Part shown: positions 1 to 9,792 of the stretch, piece by piece
Position numbering within the stretch: position 1 is the stretch's first letter
How the letters are laid out: each line of letters starts with the position of its first letter
Assembly (NCBI GenBank): GCA_949282275.1
Contig: CASDOO010000020.1
Location: forward strand, 4,965 to 68,964
From: an uncultured Bacillota bacterium
Lineage (GTDB): Bacteria; Bacillota_I; Bacilli_A; RFN20; CAG-288
Direction of reading: 5' to 3'
DNA: 64,000 bases
Program-made: the position numbers and the translations under genes
Notes under the pieces: generated by a model
What the model was told of the DNA's origin: nothing
Database searches by the model: none
Seen by the model: the letters and a program-made list of their open reading frames with translations, nothing else

Positions 1-1232
1 TGGAGGACGAGATTGCCAAGGACTGGGAAGAGACGTATGGTTCGATCTACACCAATCCGACGACGGACTATCCCAATTCCTTCCTCAGTGTTTCCCAGAA
101 CCTTGCCGATGCCGTCATTTGCGAGTATCCCGTTGCCATGGCGATGATGGATGCCTATCCGACGCTGAATATGTATACCGTCGATCAAAGCAAGGTCGAT
201 TCCTCCTTTATCGAACAGCTCTCCGTCTCCATCGGCATTGCCAAGAACGATAGGGATGGCATCCTTGAACAGATCAACGCCTCCCTGGCCAAGCTTAGCG
301 ACGACGATCGCAAAGGGATGATGGACCAGGCACTTGAAAGGTCGAAGAACCTTCAGAGCATGGAGGAGAACGAGGGTGGAGAAAGCAACCACCTGCTCTA
401 TCTCATCGAGAACTATTGGGTGGAATTCGGTTATGGAACCCTCAATACGCTTATCCTGGCAGTCGTCGGAACGATTATCGGACTTATTATCGGAATCTTC
501 GTCAGTCAGGCTCGCAATATCAAGATCGAAAAGAACGACAACATCTTCCTCAAGGGAGCAAAGTATGTCGGGAAATTCCTCTCCTGGCTTTATGTCACCT
601 TCTTCCGTGCGACCCCGATGATGATCCAGGCGATGATCTTCTTCCTCTTGGGGCCGGTCATTGGCATCATCTGGACGAATCTCTCCCCGGCAGGAGATAT
701 CGGAAGGATCTTCAATGGGTATATGCTCTGCGGCTTGGTCGTCATCTGCATCAACACCGGTGCCTATATGACGGAGAACATCAAGTCCGGTCTCAATGGT
801 ATCGACAAGGGCCAGGAAGAGGCGGCACGCTCCTTGGGACTTTCCAAGACGCAGACACTCTATGGCGTCGTCCTTCCGCAGGCCATCCGCAACGTGCTTC
901 CGACCATCGGCAATGAGCTTGTCGTCAACATCAAGGACTCTTCCGTCCTCAATGTCATCGGCCTGACCGAGCTCTACATGACGGCATCGATTGCCACCAA
1001 CACCAACTATTTCCGCATCGAAGGCTATATCATCATCTGCGTCATCTATCTTATTCTCGTCCTCTTCTTCTCCGGCATCCTCAAGCTCCTCTCCAACAAG
1101 CTTTCCTTCCCGGACGAGGTCAATTTCCTAGGTTTCCGCAAGGGAAGGATGACGAAATGTCTGGAACGGTTCCATATCGGAAAAAGACAGAAGAACCTGA
1201 CTCAGGGATTGGGAGGAAACGAAAATGAGTGA
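1..1232 (+). CDS. Polar amino-acid ABC transporter, fused substrate-binding domain and permease (5'-truncated by window edge)
   Basis: Frame is open from position 3. Binding-domain tail is followed by a HisM/GlnP permease with 'FRATPMMIQ', EAA loop '[12 protein letters not shown]' and 'IKDSSVL'. Overlaps the ATPase gene. Confidence 0.9.
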   Translation, partial: EDEIAKDWEETYGSIYTNPTTDYPNSFLSVSQNLADAVICEYPVAMAMMDAYPTLNMYTVDQSKVDSSFIEQLSVSIGIAKNDRDGILEQINASLAKLSDDDRKGMMDQALERSKNLQSMEENEGGESNHLLYLIENYWVEFGYGTLNTLILAVVGTIIGLIIGIFVSQARNIKIEKNDNIFLKGAKYVGKFLSWLYVTFFRATPMMIQAMIFFLLGPVIGIIWTNLSPAGDIGRIFNGYMLCGLVVICINTGAYMTENIKSGLNGIDKGQEEAARSLGLSKTQTLYGVVLPQAIRNVLPTIGNELVVNIKDSSVLNVIGLTELYMTASIATNTNYFRIEGYIIICVIYLILVLFFSGILKLLSNKLSFPDEVNFLGFRKGRMTKCLERFHIGKRQKNLTQGLGGNENE

Positions 1233-1965
1233 GAACGAAATCCTGCTCCAGGTGCGCGACCTGAAGAAAAGCTATAACAACCTTCCCGTCCTCAAGGGCA
1301 TCTCCCTGGATGTCCATAAGGGGGATGTCATCTCCATCATCGGTTCTTCCGGCGGCGGAAAGTCGACCTTCCTTCGCTGCCTCAACCTGCTGGAGGTTCC
1401 CGATTCCGGATCCCTTCTCTTTCGGGGCGAGGATCTTCTCGACAGGAAGACGGACATCAACGAAGTCCGCATCCACATGGGCATGGTCTTCCAGCAGTTC
1501 AATCTCTTCGACAACATGGACGTCCTCAAGAACTGCATGTATGCCCAGATGAAGGTTCTCAAAAGAAGCCGTGACGAGGCCAAGAGAAGAGCCATGACCG
1601 CCTTGGGACAGGTCGGAATGGGAAACTTCGCGACCCATATGCCAAGAACCCTCTCCGGCGGACAGAAACAGAGAGTCGCCATCGCCCGCTCCCTTGTCAT
1701 GGATCCGGAAATCATGCTCTTCGACGAGCCGACCTCCGCGCTCGATCCCGAGATGATCGGCGAGGTTCTCAAGGTCATGAAGGATCTTGCCGGCAATGGC
1801 ATGACCATGGTCGTCGTCACCCATGAGCTCTCCTTCGCCCGGAATGTTTCCAACCGCGTCGTCTTTTTCGACAAGGGTGAGATTGCCGAGGAAGGAAAAC
1901 CCGAGGAATTCTTCACGAACCCGAAAACGGACAGGGCAAAGGCCTTCCTCTCCCATATCCATTGA
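1225..1965 (+). CDS. Polar amino-acid ABC transporter ATP-binding protein (GlnQ family)
   Basis: Walker A GSSGGGKS, 'RCLNLLE', 'VFQQFNLF', [13 protein letters not shown], '[12 protein letters not shown]'. Confidence 0.95.
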   Translation: MSENEILLQVRDLKKSYNNLPVLKGISLDVHKGDVISIIGSSGGGKSTFLRCLNLLEVPDSGSLLFRGEDLLDRKTDINEVRIHMGMVFQQFNLFDNMDVLKNCMYAQMKVLKRSRDEAKRRAMTALGQVGMGNFATHMPRTLSGGQKQRVAIARSLVMDPEIMLFDEPTSALDPEMIGEVLKVMKDLAGNGMTMVVVTHELSFARNVSNRVVFFDKGEIAEEGKPEEFFTNPKTDRAKAFLSHIH

Positions 1966-1972
1966 GAAATCC

Positions 1973-2004
1973 GGGACTGTCGTTGCGACAGTCCCTTTTT
2001 CTTT
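1973..2004 (+). terminator. Intrinsic terminator
   Basis: GGGACTGTCG-ttg-CGACAGTCCC stem followed by a T-tract, just after the ATPase stop. Confidence 0.85.
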
Positions 2005-2069
2005 CGGATATTGTTAAATTCAGGTAACCAAATGCGCTGTCATCTCTTCAAACAAGGTGGTAGAATTTC

Positions 2070-2155
2070 CCTCCGAGGGAGTAGGACGCTTCAAGAAAGC
2101 GGCGAATCAACATGCTGGAGAAATCCTGGTTCGCCTTAATGATCCGAGACTCATA
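2070..2155 (+). ncRNA. yybP-ykoY (Mn2+-sensing) riboswitch
   Basis: GAGGGAGTAGGA...TCCGAGACTC (P1/L1), CGCTT/AAGCG (P2), GGCGAA/TTCGCC (P3) with TCAACATG L3-like loop. Directly upstream of mntP; TAGAAT -10 at 2061-2066. Confidence 0.85.
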
Positions 2156-2170
2156 TAGGAGCTTTGCTAT

Positions 2171-2746
2171 ATGGATTGGATCAATGTTTCTTTGACGTCC
2201 GTTTCGATGGCCGTCGATGCGATGACGGTCGGTGCCGTCGATGGCATTCAGGAAAAGAAGATGCCGATCTGGAAGGTTCTCTTCATCGGCTTTCTTTTCG
2301 GCTTCATGCAGTTTCTCATGCCGACTATCGGCTATTTCGTCGGCTATTCCTTCCGGGATGCCTTGGAAAGCTACATTCCCTGGATTGCCTTTGCCCTGTT
2401 GACGTTGCTCGCCATAAAGTCCCTTGTCGACTTCATCAAGGAAAGACGCAAGGGAAAGGAAGAGGAGAAAGAAGAGACGAAAAAGATCAAAATTCCGGAA
2501 ATCCTTCTTCAGGGCGTTGCCACAAGCATCGATGCCCTCTGCATTGGCTTTGTCTATCTCAATCTCGAAATACCGCAGGCGATGCTTGTCTTCGGTATCA
2601 TCGGTATCGTTACCTTTGTCCTTACCTTCCTGACGACGCTTTTCGGAAGCAAGGTTGCCGGAAAGCTCGAGAGATGGGCTGGACTTATCTCAGCCATAGT
2701 TTTCTTTGCCGTCGGTCTTAAGATCCTTCTGCAGGGCGTTCTCTAA
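2171..2746 (+). CDS. mntP: Manganese efflux pump MntP
   Basis: 'SMAVDAMTVG', 'FQFLMP'-like segment ('MQFLMPTIG') and 'ATSIDALCIG' duplicated MntP motifs; about 6 TM; riboswitch upstream. Confidence 0.9.
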   Translation: MDWINVSLTSVSMAVDAMTVGAVDGIQEKKMPIWKVLFIGFLFGFMQFLMPTIGYFVGYSFRDALESYIPWIAFALLTLLAIKSLVDFIKERRKGKEEEKEETKKIKIPEILLQGVATSIDALCIGFVYLNLEIPQAMLVFGIIGIVTFVLTFLTTLFGSKVAGKLERWAGLISAIVFFAVGLKILLQGVL

Positions 2747-3029
2747 ACGGGACGCTCTTTTCGCTCCGGGCCATGATTGACATGGGAATTGTCCTTATGG
2801 CTTTTGATATTGTCATCGAATCGAGTGATGAATTGTCATGCCCCGGAATGAAAATCGAGTAGGTGGTATTTATCTATTTGGTTTTGTTTTTCGTCCTTTC
2901 CACCCAATATAGGGTGAAGCCAGGCTATTGGCTTCTGAAGGGACTCGGCGTCGGTTCTGCCTCTTTTCTTTCCTTGCTTCGTTTCCGTCTTCCGCCGACA
3001 GGGATGCTGTCGGAGAAAGGAGGTGAGTC

Positions 3030-3128
3030 ATGGATATCTTTGATGTTCTATGGCTTCTGATTCTCTATCTCATCCTCAAGCACGACTCCGAAAAAGAAGC
3101 AGAAAAAAAGAACCGTGATGATCACTAA
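3030..3128 (+). CDS. Small hydrophobic peptide, putative type I toxin (MDIFDVLWLLILYLILKHDSEKEAEKKNRDDH, 32 aa)
   Basis: Strong SD AAAGGAGGTGA immediately upstream; hydrophobic N-half and charged tail; overlapped by an antisense transcription unit. Below the ORF-track size cutoff. Confidence 0.65.
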   Translation: MDIFDVLWLLILYLILKHDSEKEAEKKNRDDH

Positions 3129-3175
3129 CAGGCAAGTTTGTTGATCATGAGGCAGAGCCTCCGCCGGTTCCTTCA
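3102..3175 (-). ncRNA. Putative antisense antitoxin sRNA (~70-75 nt)
   Basis: Minus-strand promoter TTGAAA(3209-3204)-17 nt-TATAAT(3186-3181). Transcript closes GAACCG/CGGTTC followed by T7 and is complementary to the 3' end of the peptide ORF. Confidence 0.65.
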
Positions 3176-3405
3176 TTGGTATTATAGAGGACTTTCTGTA
3201 GACTTTCAAGAAACCCAAAGAGGCGGGAAGACGTCAATGACAGGGAACCTTTTAGCCGAAATGGTTATGTGGAAGCTTGGATGAGAAGGAATGTGGCATT
3301 TGGAATTCAAGAAACGATTGCATGGGAAAGGAAATTATAATTGTCTCCCGGATTCTCTTTAACGTGAGGCTGGTGATGTTTTTTCCTTTGGCTTCACCGA
3401 CCTAT

Positions 3406-4659
3406 CTACGATTCCGCACTTTCTTCTATCAAGGCAGTTTCTTTTTTGTCCCTTGCATAGGAAGCAATATAGCATGGTATGGATAGGGCCTGTGCCGTCA
3501 CCGACACGATGACCATGGCAAGAGGCGAGAAATCATAGAGGACGCCCAAGAGCCAGCTTCCGAGGAACCAGAATATGCCAAATGAGAATTCGAATATGCC
3601 GTATCCCGTCGCTCGGCTGTTCTTCGGGACCATCTTGGTGACAGCCGCCTTGAGTATCGATTCCTGCGCTCCCATTCCGATTCCCCACATGACAATTCCG
3701 ACGAAGAGCATGGGAAGGGAATCGAATTCAAAGATGAACACCGAGAAAAGGCAAGAGCAGAGAGTGGCAAGGACCAAGGAAAACATTCCGAAGCGATCGT
3801 AAAGCTTTCCGAAGACGATGGCTGCCATGGCATCGACTATCATCGCCCCGGAATAGACAAGGGGCAGGGTTTCTGCCGTGATGATGCTGTTTCCGCCATC
3901 GACGAACGTCTTTCCGATGTGCATGCCGACCAAGGAATAATCGACGAAGCCGAAGGCAAAGGCACTGATGCCGATGATGTAGAGGATGAAGCTGGGTTTC
4001 ATTCGGAACTTCTCTGCTTTCTTGGGCTCTGGTTCGAATTTGTCCGGATTGGGAAACTTGTGTTTCGTGAGGAAAAGCATCGCTATTGTCGCCACGGCGG
4101 GGATGAGAAGGAAAAGAAAGCAGATCGAATAGTTCCTGAAAGTATCTCCATCCGTTTGGAAAAGCATGACGAGATAAAGAAACAGCGGACCGAGGAATGC
4201 ACCGATTTGGTCGAGCATCTCCTGGATACCGAAGCTTCGTCCGACTTTCCACTGACTTGCCGCAAAGGACATGATGGTATCCTTCGCCGGCTTCTTTATG
4301 GCCTTGCCGATGCGCTGGATTGCCAAAAGAACGCAAGCCCAAATCCAGCCATCGGGACCGACGAAGGCAAGCAAGGGAATCGCCAGGGTATCGATAAGAT
4401 AGCCGGCGATTACCATAGGCCAGTATTTCTTTGTTTTGTCTGTTATTCTTCCGAAGAGATAGCGAAGGCTATATCCCAGGAGTTCCGCGAAACCCGAGAT
4501 AAAGCCGATGGTTCCCGCGGAGGCTCCAATCAGGGATAGGTAGGCTCCTTGGATACTGGCTGCTCCTTCGTGCGTCATGTCGGAAAGGAGACTCACGACG
4601 CCGAAAAGCAGAAGGAAGACCATCGCTTGCGATAAACCACGCCTTGCTTTGTTCTTCAC
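3406..4659 (-). CDS. MFS transporter
   Basis: About 12 TM; 'FGRITDKTKKY' and 'FGKLYDRFG' MFS loop motifs. Confidence 0.85.
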   Translation of the reverse strand: MKNKARRGLSQAMVFLLLFGVVSLLSDMTHEGAASIQGAYLSLIGASAGTIGFISGFAELLGYSLRYLFGRITDKTKKYWPMVIAGYLIDTLAIPLLAFVGPDGWIWACVLLAIQRIGKAIKKPAKDTIMSFAASQWKVGRSFGIQEMLDQIGAFLGPLFLYLVMLFQTDGDTFRNYSICFLFLLIPAVATIAMLFLTKHKFPNPDKFEPEPKKAEKFRMKPSFILYIIGISAFAFGFVDYSLVGMHIGKTFVDGGNSIITAETLPLVYSGAMIVDAMAAIVFGKLYDRFGMFSLVLATLCSCLFSVFIFEFDSLPMLFVGIVMWGIGMGAQESILKAAVTKMVPKNSRATGYGIFEFSFGIFWFLGSWLLGVLYDFSPLAMVIVSVTAQALSIPCYIASYARDKKETALIEESAES

Positions 4660-4663
4660 GCGT

Positions 4664-5128
4664 TCATGCCTCTTCTTTCATTTGCTGTATCACATTGATG
4701 AATCCGCCCTTGCTTTCTTCCTTCGAACGTCGATATACCTTTTCGAGCAAGGCGCAGAAAACCTTTTTTTCTTCATCGGGCAAAGCCTCGAGGATATAGG
4801 AGTAGAAGGCCGTTTCGACATATCTTTTGGAAACCTTGAGTTCTTCTGCCTTCTCGGTCGGATAAATCAAGGAAGCCCTCTTGTCGGTCGGATTGCTTGT
4901 TTTCTTGAGATAGCCTTTTTTCACGAGGCTGGCGACCTGTCTTGCGACGGCGGCCTTGTCCGTTCCGAGAATTCGGCATATTTCCGCCTGGCTGATGCCA
5001 TCATGCTTTCTTACGACGTGGATAAGGTCGAATTCCGAAGTCCCTATTCCATCTCTCCGAAGTGTCCTTACGGCAAGCTTGCTTGCCTCCCGTGCAATCT
5101 TCGTAATTTGGGCGTGCGTCAAATCCAT
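4664..5128 (-). CDS. MarR-family transcriptional regulator
   Basis: 'GISQAEIC...DKAAVARQVASLVKKGYL...DKRASLIYPT' winged HTH. Confidence 0.9.
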   Translation of the reverse strand: MDLTHAQITKIAREASKLAVRTLRRDGIGTSEFDLIHVVRKHDGISQAEICRILGTDKAAVARQVASLVKKGYLKKTSNPTDKRASLIYPTEKAEELKVSKRYVETAFYSYILEALPDEEKKVFCALLEKVYRRSKEESKGGFINVIQQMKEEA

Positions 5129-5140
5129 CTTGTTTTCCTC

Positions 5141-5725
5141 CTATTTTCTAAACCCAAGCATCATCTTTTCAAAGTTTTTCTTCCTGGAAAGGAAGTGGAC
5201 GAGAAAGAAACTGGCCAACCCGCTGCATAGACCGACCAAAAGACCGCCAAGGACATCGCTAAAATAATGAACACTGAAATAAATCCTGGAAAGACACACG
5301 AGAAATGGGAAGAAGAGAATGGGCCAAATATTCTTTTTGTTTTTGGATGAAATAAATATGGTAATGGAAAAACAGGTTGCCGAAGTTGTATGCCCGCTTG
5401 GGAAGGAATACTCAGTTGTCATGAGACTTCCGGTTTCCAGCCAGTATTGATAATAGATGCTTTCTTCGTCAAGAAATGGACGATCGACTGCGAGTATGTT
5501 CTTGAGTAGAAGATTTGTGATGACGAAGCCAAAGATGGTCGCCATCAATGCGCAAGCTCCAATGGGACGCGATCTATTAAAACAGATCAGGACAATGGCA
5601 GAAAGGACGATAGGAAAACCATAGTCGCCAAGCATGGTAATTCCGCCAAGAAAGGGTGTAAAAAAGCCTTCGCTTTGGAATAGCCAGTGAACGGCCGTAG
5701 CAATTGCCAAATTTATGAACGCCAT
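5141..5725 (-). CDS. PAP2-family membrane phosphatase
   Basis: K-x6-RP ('KNILAVDRP'), 'SFPSGH', 'SRIYFSVHYFSDVLGG' motifs. Confidence 0.9.
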   Translation of the reverse strand: MAFINLAIATAVHWLFQSEGFFTPFLGGITMLGDYGFPIVLSAIVLICFNRSRPIGACALMATIFGFVITNLLLKNILAVDRPFLDEESIYYQYWLETGSLMTTEYSFPSGHTTSATCFSITIFISSKNKKNIWPILFFPFLVCLSRIYFSVHYFSDVLGGLLVGLCSGLASFFLVHFLSRKKNFEKMMLGFRK

Positions 5726-5736
5726 ATCGCCTCCTA

Positions 5737-5777
5737 TAGTTGATATATCAACAATACGATAGATGATATAGCAACTA
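5737..5777. promoter_or_regulatory. Tandem palindromic operator (probable MarR sites) overlapping the promoter of the PAP2-marR-MFS operon
   Basis: TAGTTGATATATCAACAA (5737-5754) and TAGATGATATAGCAACTA (5760-5777). A minus-strand TTGAAT-17-TATCAT promoter overlaps the second site. Confidence 0.65.
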
Positions 5778-6029
5778 ATTTTTCAATTCAATCCTTCCTT
5801 TGTTTTTGGTCGTGTTCTGGAAAGAGGAAACGAGACTCAAATAGGTTTCATCCAATAAGGATCTTGAACATTATGCCTTGGCCTTGTCGGACATTGGCTC
5901 GCAACCAGGCTAAATCGGTAGTCGTTCGGGCTGTTCGAGATATTCCAAAAGTCAGGGAAAGCAGGGTCTACATGACATTGGGTAGTGGATTCTGCAAATT
6001 TCAAGCGTTTGCTGTATTGTCGATTTTTC

Positions 6030-6160
6030 TCCGCCCTCCAGTAAATGATGGTAGAAAAGATTATTATGTGGAGTAGATTTGTCACATCTGCGAATGCCGG
6101 TAATTACCTTGATGATGCCATTGTTCTTTCTGTTTTTCTCAGTTTGTTCAATAGAAATTT
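6030..6160 (-). pseudogene. N-terminal remnant of an AAA_14/DUF4143 ATPase
   Basis: Manual translation RKNNGIIKVITGIRRCDKST..NLFYHHLL matches the start of the 36671 ATPase (RMNNGMIKVITGIRRSGKSYLLFKLFYDYLL). Walker A Gly is replaced by Asp, the upstream part is frameshifted, and similarity then stops. Confidence 0.6.
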
Positions 6161-6403
6161 TAGTGAATCCCTATTGGAAACCTCCCGGAAAGGATTTTTG
6201 CAACCTAGCACACTTTTCTGTTCTAATAGAAACTTGCTCAATATTTAGAGCAAGTTGCCTAAAAGGATGTTTATGATTGGAAATTCGTGTTTTTTGAAAT
6301 GAGTATGCGAACGATGAGAAGAAGTTTAAGGTGCCTTGCGAATCTGCGTTAGCAATCATAGATAACTAATATGAAAAAGATTATTTATTCCAAACTTGTT
6401 AGG

Positions 6404-7750
6404 TTATTCACTTAGCAAAAAAGCCAAATAATACGGAATAGCTAACTTTCCGGTACTTTCTCCAATATTATATTCTCCTAATTTAATACAATTTTTAACT
6501 TTGTATAATTTATAGTTTTCTAAGATTGTGTTAGCGGATTTCGTATTTCCAGTTGTTGATTTCACTTCAACTAAAGTCACTTCGTTCTTGAAATTTGTAA
6601 CAAAATCAATCTCTAAGCCAGAGTCCTTGTGAAAATAATATAGTTTTTTCCCCATTTTGGAAAAAGAATCAGCCACTATATTTTCAAAGATTGCCCCTTT
6701 ATAAATTCCTAAATCCCCACTTAAAATCGATCCAGCAGTTCCTTTGTCAAGCATTCCAATAAATAAGCCGCTATCTCGCATATAAAGTTTAAAAACATTG
6801 TCTTCTTTATTTCCTTCAAGTGGCAATTCTAAATTTGTGAGATTAAAACATTGACTCACGATTCCAGCATCGACAAGCCACTGGATTGCCTTCATGTAGT
6901 CCGAAGCTCTCTCGTTTCTTTTTATTTTTGAATATTGAAATTTCTTATTTTGTTTCGCTAACTGACTTGGTATTGAATCAAAAACTTCTTCAATTCTTGC
7001 AAGCAAAGTCTTATCGATTTCCTCATTTTCGTTCGAATCTAAATGCTTGCCAAAATCATCCTTATATTCTTCCAGAATATCTCTTTGTTCTTGATAAACT
7101 TGGTTCATATCTCCAGTAGCAAGAAATGTATTAACCGCTTCTGGTAGACCACCTACACAAATATATTCTTTAAAATATCTTAACATTGATTCGTGTATTG
7201 CCCTTGAAATAGATTGCTTATGTATGAAACACTCTTTAAGATAATCTATGATTTGATAAGATATACCTTTTGCCCATAAAAATTCTTCAAAATCCAAAGG
7301 ATACATATAAACGATTCTTTCAGAACCAGTAGGAACGCCCTTTCCAATTTTTATATTGTACCCTCTAATTCCTAATAATGAACCGGTCGCTATAATATCA
7401 AATCTTCCGTCCTCAACAAAAGTCTTGATAGAAGCCCTTGCGTTAGCACATTCTTGGATTTCATCAAAAATAATAATTGTCTTGTATGGAACAATTTTTA
7501 TTTTTGGCATTTTCGCAGATAGATCCATCAAAATTCTATTTACATCAAGATTATCATCAAAAGCAGATTTCACGTCATCGTTATTTTTAAAGTTTATGTA
7601 AATTATGTTTTCATAATTTTCTTCAGCAAATTTTTTAACAATATAAGTTTTGCCAATTTGTCATGGACCCTTAATTACCAAAGCTTTCTTTTTTGTCAAA
7701 GTATTATTTTTCCAAGAGATTAACGTGTCCATTATTTTCCTTTTTAGCAT
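6404..7750 (-). pseudogene. AAA_14 + DUF4143 ATPase with an in-frame nonsense codon in Walker A
   Basis: ATG at 7750 with GGAGG SD. Reads 'ALVIKGP*QIGKT' with TGA at 7661-7663 where Arg is expected, in frame with the 389-aa ORF ('IIFDEIQ', 'GGLPE', 'EIDF...VEVKS'). AT-rich. Confidence 0.8.
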
Positions 7751-8051
7751 AAGACAAGGCCTCCTATAACACTTTTTCAAGGGAGTTTCTAAATGTCTCA
7801 GATTTATTGATGATGTTACCCGCATTTTAATAAAGACATACAAATCCGTCCCGTGTCTTCAGAACAACAGCGGCTATCCGTAATCCGTGGTTTCACTGAA
7901 GGGCAAATGGGGGCACGTCATGGACAAAAGGTTTATGCATTTGCTTTGGGAATTGACGTCTGGTATTGGTCGACTTTCGGTTATGTAGTAAACGTATTCA
8001 TAAGATACCGGAACTTAAATTCAGCAACACCTTCAAGCAACCCTGAAAATG

Positions 8052-8074
8052 AAAAAAAGCCCGTTTTCACGGGC
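8052..8074 (-). terminator. Intrinsic terminator of the tRNA gene
   Basis: Minus strand GCCCGT-gaaa-ACGGGC followed by T7. Confidence 0.8.
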
Positions 8075-8088
8075 GATTCTTGATACGA

Positions 8089-8163
<75 letters not shown>

Positions 8164-8280
8164 ATGTAATGCCTCGGGAAGGCTAAATAAGTATAGGCGT
8201 TATGCTTAGGAATTGCAAGTGCTATTTCAGTGAAGAAAAAGAAAGACAAGATTGTGGTTTCGAGAGTAGAATAGAGACCT

Positions 8281-9204
8281 ATGAAAGCACTGATTGTCAT
8301 CAACGGTTATTCCGAAAACAGATCCCTCCTGAGGAAAGTCGGGAGGCTTATCGATGCCCTGGATGTCTATGCCATCGATGCCGACGTCGAAAAGGCGACC
8401 CGTTTGCTTGCCCTTTCGGAAGGCAACACTGGAAAAGTCCTTCTTGAGGGAAGGAAATACGACTTTTGCCTCTATCTAGACAAGGATGCCTACTTGGCTA
8501 AGGCTCTTTCCGAGGCGATGCCTCTTTTCAATTCCTATCGTTCCCTCATTCTTTCCGACGACAAGATGAAGACGCTTCAGGCTCTTAAGGGGACAGGAAT
8601 AAAGGCACCAAAGACCATCTCCGCTCCACTCTGCTATGTGGAAAATCCCGATCCTAGGGAAGTCACCTTCTTTCTCCATCAGGTAGAAAACATTTTGTCT
8701 TTCCCGCTTGTCTTCAAGGCTTGCCATGGATCCCTAGGAAAACAGGTCGCCCTCATCAAGGACAGGCATGAGCTCTTTTCCTGCTATCGACAAAACAGGC
8801 ATATTCCTCATCTCTATGAAGAATACCTGCCGTACCATCCCGGGCACGATTACCGTCTCTTCGTCGTCGGTGAGAAAGTTGTCGCCGCCATGGAGCGGAT
8901 CAACGAAAAGGACTTCCGTTCCAACATCGCCTTGGGCGGTAGGGGAGAGGACGTGACAAAGACGATTCCGGATGCCTATAAGGAAGTCGCCATCCGTGCT
9001 TCCAAAGAATTGGATCTTCTCTATGGCGGTATCGACATCGCCATCGGAAAGGATGGGGAACCGATCTTCTTGGAAGCCAACGGAAACGCCTTCTTCGATG
9101 AGATCGAGCGGGTGACGAAGGTCGATGTCGCCTCTCTTGTCGTCAACGAGGTCTTGGAAAGGCTGAAGAAGCCAAAGAAACGGACATCGAGAAAGAAGGA
9201 CTGA
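8281..9204 (+). CDS. RimK/LysX-family ATP-grasp ligase
   Basis: 'DKMKT', 'PLVFKACHGSLGKQV', 'DYRLFVVG', 'FRSNIALGG', 'GIDI...FLEAN'. Confidence 0.85.
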   Translation: MKALIVINGYSENRSLLRKVGRLIDALDVYAIDADVEKATRLLALSEGNTGKVLLEGRKYDFCLYLDKDAYLAKALSEAMPLFNSYRSLILSDDKMKTLQALKGTGIKAPKTISAPLCYVENPDPREVTFFLHQVENILSFPLVFKACHGSLGKQVALIKDRHELFSCYRQNRHIPHLYEEYLPYHPGHDYRLFVVGEKVVAAMERINEKDFRSNIALGGRGEDVTKTIPDAYKEVAIRASKELDLLYGGIDIAIGKDGEPIFLEANGNAFFDEIERVTKVDVASLVVNEVLERLKKPKKRTSRKKD

Positions 9205-9233
9205 GATGCCAGAGACGTTTTGGGGAACTGGAA

Positions 9234-9746
9234 ATGCAGCTGAGGAAATTGAATCTTGAGGATGCCCGGAAGGAATACGCCTTCTTCCAGAACAACGAAG
9301 CGAATGACCATGGATTCTGCAACGAATACAAGAACGTTTCCTATGAGGAATTCCTTTTGCAGTCGATTCCCGAACGATTGGAGGCCGAGAAGGGGCTCCG
9401 TCTTAAGGAAGGCTATGTTCCCGATGTCTACTATTTCCTTTTCGATGACGAGGAGGAAATCGTCGGGGTCTACAAGCTGAGGCTGCAGCTGAACGATTTC
9501 CTGAGAGACGGCCCTGGCCATGTCGGTTACCTGATCGACAGGGACCATCGACAGAAAGGATACGGAAAAAAGGGGCTGGCGCTTCTAATCGACCTCATCA
9601 GGAAGGAGCATCTTGTCGAAGAGGACGAGCTTTATTTCGAGGCATACAACGACAACATTCCATCCATGAAGACGATTTTGGCCAATGGCGGCTATGTCCA
9701 CCACAAGGACGGCAAATGCACCTATCTCCGGATAAGGCTTCGATAG
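9234..9746 (+). CDS. GNAT-family acetyltransferase
   Basis: 'GHVGYLID...RQKGYGK' acetyl-CoA motif; 'NIPSMKTILANGG'. Confidence 0.85.
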   Translation: MQLRKLNLEDARKEYAFFQNNEANDHGFCNEYKNVSYEEFLLQSIPERLEAEKGLRLKEGYVPDVYYFLFDDEEEIVGVYKLRLQLNDFLRDGPGHVGYLIDRDHRQKGYGKKGLALLIDLIRKEHLVEEDELYFEAYNDNIPSMKTILANGGYVHHKDGKCTYLRIRLR

Positions 9747-9755
9747 CATCGATAC

Positions 9756-9786
9756 AAAAAGCCCCTCCGACGGCAATCGGAGAGGC
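9756..9786 (-). terminator. Intrinsic terminator of the pot operon
   Basis: Minus strand GCCTCTCCGA-loop-TCGGAGGGGC followed by TTTTT, between convergent genes. Confidence 0.75.
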
Positions 9787-9792
9787 AAAGGA

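Noticed and set aside
7661-7663. In-frame TGA as possible recoding (genetic code 4 or selenocysteine)
   Set aside because: The expected residue is Arg (CGA to TGA), many genes here end in TGA, and Trp is encoded by TGG.
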